Both the position numbers and the translations under genes were made by a program. The notes under the pieces were generated by a model. It was not told where the DNA came from. It saw nothing but the letters and a program-made list of their open reading frames with translations, and ran no database searches. From an uncultured Alphaproteobacteria bacterium (GTDB lineage: Bacteria; Pseudomonadota; Alphaproteobacteria; RF32; CAG-239), in contig CALXVR010000001.1 of NCBI GenBank assembly GCA_944392155.1, forward strand, positions 18,309 to 82,308: a stretch of 64,000 nt of DNA, given 5' to 3'. This document shows positions 60,927 to 64,000 of the stretch, piece by piece. Position 1 is the stretch's first letter, and each line of letters begins with the position of its first letter.

Positions 60927-61865
60927 ATGAACAAAAATTTATATCATATTTTAGGTGTTTCAAAAGATGCGAGTGAGGCAGAGATAAAATCAGCCTATCG
61001 CAAATTAGCCCGCAAATATCACCCGGACTTAAATAAAGATGACAAAGATGCTGCGGAAAAATTTAAAGAGATTTCCTGCGCTTATGATATTTTGGGAGAT
61101 AAAGAGAAGCGCAAGAAATATGATAATAATGAGATAGATGCTGATGGTAAACCGACGGGTTTCGGAGCCGGATTTGGGCAAGGCGGCTTTGGCGGAGGAA
61201 ATCCGTTCGGACAAGGCGGAACACGCACTTACTATACCGGTAACGGTGAAAATTTTGATTTCTCTTCTATTTTCGGAGATGATATTTTTTCTCAATTTGC
61301 CGGAGGTGGCGCATCAGGCTTCCAAGGATTTGGCGGAAATGCGCGCCGCCCGCGCAAAGGTCAGGATATTGCCTATACCATGCGGGTAGATTTTCTGGAT
61401 GCGGCCAAAGGTGCGGAAAAAGGCGTTATCATCAACGGTAAGAACATTAATGTTAAAATTCCGGCCGGAATGGAAGATGGCCAAACTTTGCGGCTTAAAG
61501 GCTTAGGCTATGAGGGCGCAAACGGAGGAGCCAACGGAGATGTTTTAATAACGGTCAATGTTGACAAACATCCTTATTTTACAAACGAAGGTCTTAACAT
61601 TCTGTTGGATTTGCCGATTACGGTTAAAGAGGCAATTCTGGGTGCCAAAATAACAGTGCCGACCATTAGCGGCAAGGTAATGGTTAATATTCCGCCTTAT
61701 GCTTCTTCGGGCGAAAAATTACGCTTAAAAGGCAAGGGAATTAAGAAAGGAAGCACGCAAGGAGACCAATTCATTACCTTGAAGATTGTGGCTCCCAAAG
61801 CTCATAATGCGGACTTAGAGAAGGCTCTGGCAGCCCTGCCGGATGAAACGGTCAGGAACTTTTAA
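60927..61865 (+). CDS. CbpA-like DnaJ homolog (J domain + G/F-rich region + C-terminal substrate-binding domains, no zinc finger)
   Basis: [56 protein letters not shown]. No CxxCxGxG repeats. Confidence 0.8.
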   Translation: MNKNLYHILGVSKDASEAEIKSAYRKLARKYHPDLNKDDKDAAEKFKEISCAYDILGDKEKRKKYDNNEIDADGKPTGFGAGFGQGGFGGGNPFGQGGTRTYYTGNGENFDFSSIFGDDIFSQFAGGGASGFQGFGGNARRPRKGQDIAYTMRVDFLDAAKGAEKGVIINGKNINVKIPAGMEDGQTLRLKGLGYEGANGGANGDVLITVNVDKHPYFTNEGLNILLDLPITVKEAILGAKITVPTISGKVMVNIPPYASSGEKLRLKGKGIKKGSTQGDQFITLKIVAPKAHNADLEKALAALPDETVRNF

Positions 61866-62428
61866 TGTTTTTAGAACAACTGCGCGACTTTGAATGGTAT
61901 AACGAACCGGCTGATGTCTCTTTTGAAGAAAGGGGCTTGCGGGTTTTGAGCCGTGCAGGGACAGACTTTTGGCAAAGTTTGCATCATAAGTTTTCAAAAG
62001 ACGACGGACATTTCTTTTTTGCGCGCAAAACAGGCAATTTTACTTGTACGGTTAAGTGGGATTTTGAAACTAACGGAAACTTTGACCAATGCGGTATAAT
62101 GTTAAGAATAGATGAGCGAAACTGGGTCAAAGCTTCTGTAATGTTTGAGAACTTTCGCACCCCTCTTTTAGGCACTTGTGTAACCAATGCGGGGTTTTCG
62201 GATTGGGCTTCGCAAGAGATACCCAGAGGCATAAATCAGGTTTGGTACCGCCTGAAAAGAATAAACGGCGATTGCTTGCTTCATATATCTTTGGATGGAA
62301 AAGTTTTCAAACAAGTCAGAATGTTTCACTTGTTAAATGACAGTCCGGAGGTTAAAATCGGTGCATATATTTGCAGCCCGCAACGAGATGACTTTGAGGC
62401 TGTTTTATCGCAAATAGACTTTGAATAA
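61865..62428 (+). CDS. DUF1349-like protein (187 aa), translationally coupled (TAATG) to the cbpA-like gene
   Basis: The start overlaps the stop of the upstream gene. W/F-rich beta-sandwich-like composition. The family assignment is tentative. Confidence 0.5.
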   Translation: MFLEQLRDFEWYNEPADVSFEERGLRVLSRAGTDFWQSLHHKFSKDDGHFFFARKTGNFTCTVKWDFETNGNFDQCGIMLRIDERNWVKASVMFENFRTPLLGTCVTNAGFSDWASQEIPRGINQVWYRLKRINGDCLLHISLDGKVFKQVRMFHLLNDSPEVKIGAYICSPQRDDFEAVLSQIDFE

Positions 62429-62439
62429 AGGAAAGAGCT

Positions 62440-63036
62440 ATGAAAAATTACAAATTTTGGGTTTTATTGGTGTCGGCAATCTTCGTAACGGAGGCAGCTA
62501 TGGCAGAAGCAGTAGTTAAAAAACTTCCCGCCCCGACAACAACTGGCGGTAAAGCTTTGATGGATGTTATTGGCGAACGTAAAACGATTCGAGAGTTTAA
62601 GGCTCAAGATATTGATGACCAAACCTTAAGCGATATCTTGTGGAGCGCATGGGGCATAAGTCATGACGGAAAACGCACGATTCCGACCGCAATGAACCAG
62701 CAAAATTTGAAGGTTTATGTGGTCAAAAAAGACGGCGCTTGGCTTTATAATGCGGCAGAAAATAACTTGACCCAAGTTACAACGGAAAATCTAATGCCCT
62801 TGTTTGCCACGCAGGATTTTATGAAAAATGTTCCGGTAAATTTGGTTTACGTTGGTAGTGATGAAAAATATTCACCGATGCACGCCGGCTCCGCTTATCA
62901 GAATGTTGGGCTATATGCCGCTTCTAAGGGAATGCACAGCGTTGTCAGAGGATATTTTGACCATGATGGTGTAAAGAAGGGCTTAAAGCTGGAAGACGGC
63001 GAGCAAGCCATCGTTTCCCACGCGCTTGGCTGGTAA
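62440..63036 (+). CDS. Secreted nitroreductase-fold (SagB/ThcOx-like) protein
   Basis: Signal peptide MKNYKFWVLLVSAIFVTEAAMA. ...RKTIREFKAQDIDDQTLSDILWSAWGIS... resembles a nitroreductase-family N-terminus. Confidence 0.55.
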   Translation: MKNYKFWVLLVSAIFVTEAAMAEAVVKKLPAPTTTGGKALMDVIGERKTIREFKAQDIDDQTLSDILWSAWGISHDGKRTIPTAMNQQNLKVYVVKKDGAWLYNAAENNLTQVTTENLMPLFATQDFMKNVPVNLVYVGSDEKYSPMHAGSAYQNVGLYAASKGMHSVVRGYFDHDGVKKGLKLEDGEQAIVSHALGW

Positions 63037-63048
63037 AAGAACAAACAA

Positions 63049-63080
63049 AAATCCCCGCTGAGAATGTGGGGATTTTTTTT
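63049..63080 (+). terminator. Intrinsic terminator
   Basis: atcccc-gctgagaatgt-ggggat followed by T8. Confidence 0.6.
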
Positions 63081-63089
63081 ACAGAACCG

Positions 63090-63356
63090 TCATTCTGAGG
63101 CACATTCTTTGTTTCTTTCCATTTCAAGGCTAAACACTTTGCCATAGAAAGTAATCAGAATCAAAAAATCGCTCCATTGCACATTACCTTTGCCTAACTC
63201 TATGCGGTCAATGATTATGGGATTGAGTCCGGTTCTGCGAGAAACGCTTTGTAAGCTATAATTTTTATGATACCGGCATCTAAAAAGCACAAAGCCCAAT
63301 TGTCGGCGCAGCTTGCGTTTGCGCCTTATGTCTTGTGGGTTATAATCAAAATTCAT
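63090..63356 (-). CDS. XRE-family HTH regulator (~89 aa). Its 3' end contains the 13-mer cgtcattctgagg shared with the repeat family.
   Basis: HTH (YSLQSVSRRTGLNPIIIDRIELGK). ATG at 63356 preceded by AGGAG. The ORF track's TTG at 63365 is less likely. Confidence 0.6.
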   Translation of the reverse strand: MNFDYNPQDIRRKRKLRRQLGFVLFRCRYHKNYSLQSVSRRTGLNPIIIDRIELGKGNVQWSDFLILITFYGKVFSLEMERNKECASE

Positions 63357-63604
63357 ACTGTTCAACTCCTATTGTTTTGCATAAAACAAAACCGCTCTCG
63401 GATGAGAGCGGAGGAGTTACAAACTGTACGAGAACAGCGTGCTTATTCGTCCGCAAAAAAACGGCTTATATCGCACCATCCTCCACAAAGGGAGGTTATA
63501 AGTGGTTTCTCGTAAGGAGTTTGTATACTCCGCCGACAGACTAACCATTTCCGCCGACAAGAGAAGTATAAGAATAATTTGCTAATTTTCAATGAAGATT
63601 TTTA

Positions 63605-63815
63605 GCATTTCCGTCATTCTGAGGGACTTTGTCCCGAAGTATCAACAAAGCCACAAGGCACAAACTCACGATATGCACTTAGGAAGCAACGCGTTTCAAC
63701 AATGGTTCTCAAAGCAGCCTGTGTCGCGGTCAAGCTGGCAACAGCTTGAAGCAACGCGGTTCAACAATGGTCGCCAAAGCAGCCTATGCCGCGGTCAAGC
63801 TGGCAACAGCATGGA
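63605..63815. repeat. Intergenic repeat element, copy C (5' module + two ~56-bp tandem units), terminator-bracketed
   Basis: See copy A. The hairpin here is gggac-ttt-gtccc, against ggagc-ttg-gctcc in copy A. Confidence 0.65.
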
Positions 63816-63817
63816 GC

Positions 63818-63858
63818 AAAAAAAATACCCTGAACGATGTCAGGGTATTTTTTTTATG
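63818..63858. terminator. Bidirectional intrinsic terminator between repeat copy C and the tsf 3' end
   Basis: taccctgaacgatgtcagggta hairpin flanked by A8 and T9 runs. Confidence 0.7.
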
Positions 63859-63869
63859 AATTATGAAGA

Positions 63870-64000
63870 CTACTTTTTCAGTTGAGAAGCAACTTCAGCG
63901 GCAAAATCTTCATTACGTTTTTCCAGACCTTCGCCCAAACGGAAGCAAACATATCCCTTAAGTTTAATGTCTGCGCCCATTTCTTTAGCGGCGTCAGCAA
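63870..64000 (-). CDS. tsf: Elongation factor Ts, 3' end (partial; gene continues beyond the window)
   Basis: The minus-strand translation ends ...[30 protein letters not shown]. coli EF-Ts ends ...[28 protein letters not shown]. Confidence 0.7.
   Translation of the reverse strand, partial: ADAAKEMGADIKLKGYVCFRLGEGLEKRNEDFAAEVASQLKK

Overview
The window reads as a chromosomal segment of an AT-rich alphaproteobacterium. This is inferred from several co-occurring features: rpsT adjacent to dnaA, a CcrM-type N6-adenine MTase, a PTS-Ntr-type EIIA(Man)+NPr pair, and RHH_4, ELM1 and LapA family genes. Housekeeping content is dense and confidently assigned: rppH, gyrB, nadE plus a nadM-like gene, xthA, lolA, dnaA, dnaN, recF, rpsT, fpg, accA, accD, ihfB, rmuC, dnaJ, dnaK, rpsA, cmk, rsmE and a partial tsf. 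No tRNA, rRNA, CRISPR array, transposase or integrase was recognised. Between the core genes sit lineage-specific genes that look like candidate effectors or systems. The first is a 745-aa protein with an N-terminal archaemetzincin-like zinc-protease signature. The second is a 1266-aa protein with a hydrophobic core and 14-aa tandem repeats. The third is a translationally coupled operon of a secreted protein, rsmE, a NarL-type response regulator, a stand-alone Hpt protein and a SAM methyltransferase. The fourth is a five-gene minus-strand operon of three small proteins (two clear paralogs), a GH108 lysozyme-like protein and an XRE regulator. A COG1067-type Lon-like protease is coupled to an LMW phosphotyrosine phosphatase. 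One of the two most distinctive non-coding signals is a family of intergenic repeat elements bracketed by terminators. The elements contain internal ~56-bp tandem units and a hairpin with two compensatory base-pair changes between copies, which suggests a structured RNA. The other is three identical RpoH-like promoters (CTTG-N18-CCTAWATWAG) in front of the dispersed dnaK, dnaJ and a cbpA-like gene. All functional calls rest on motif recognition by eye. No database search was run.
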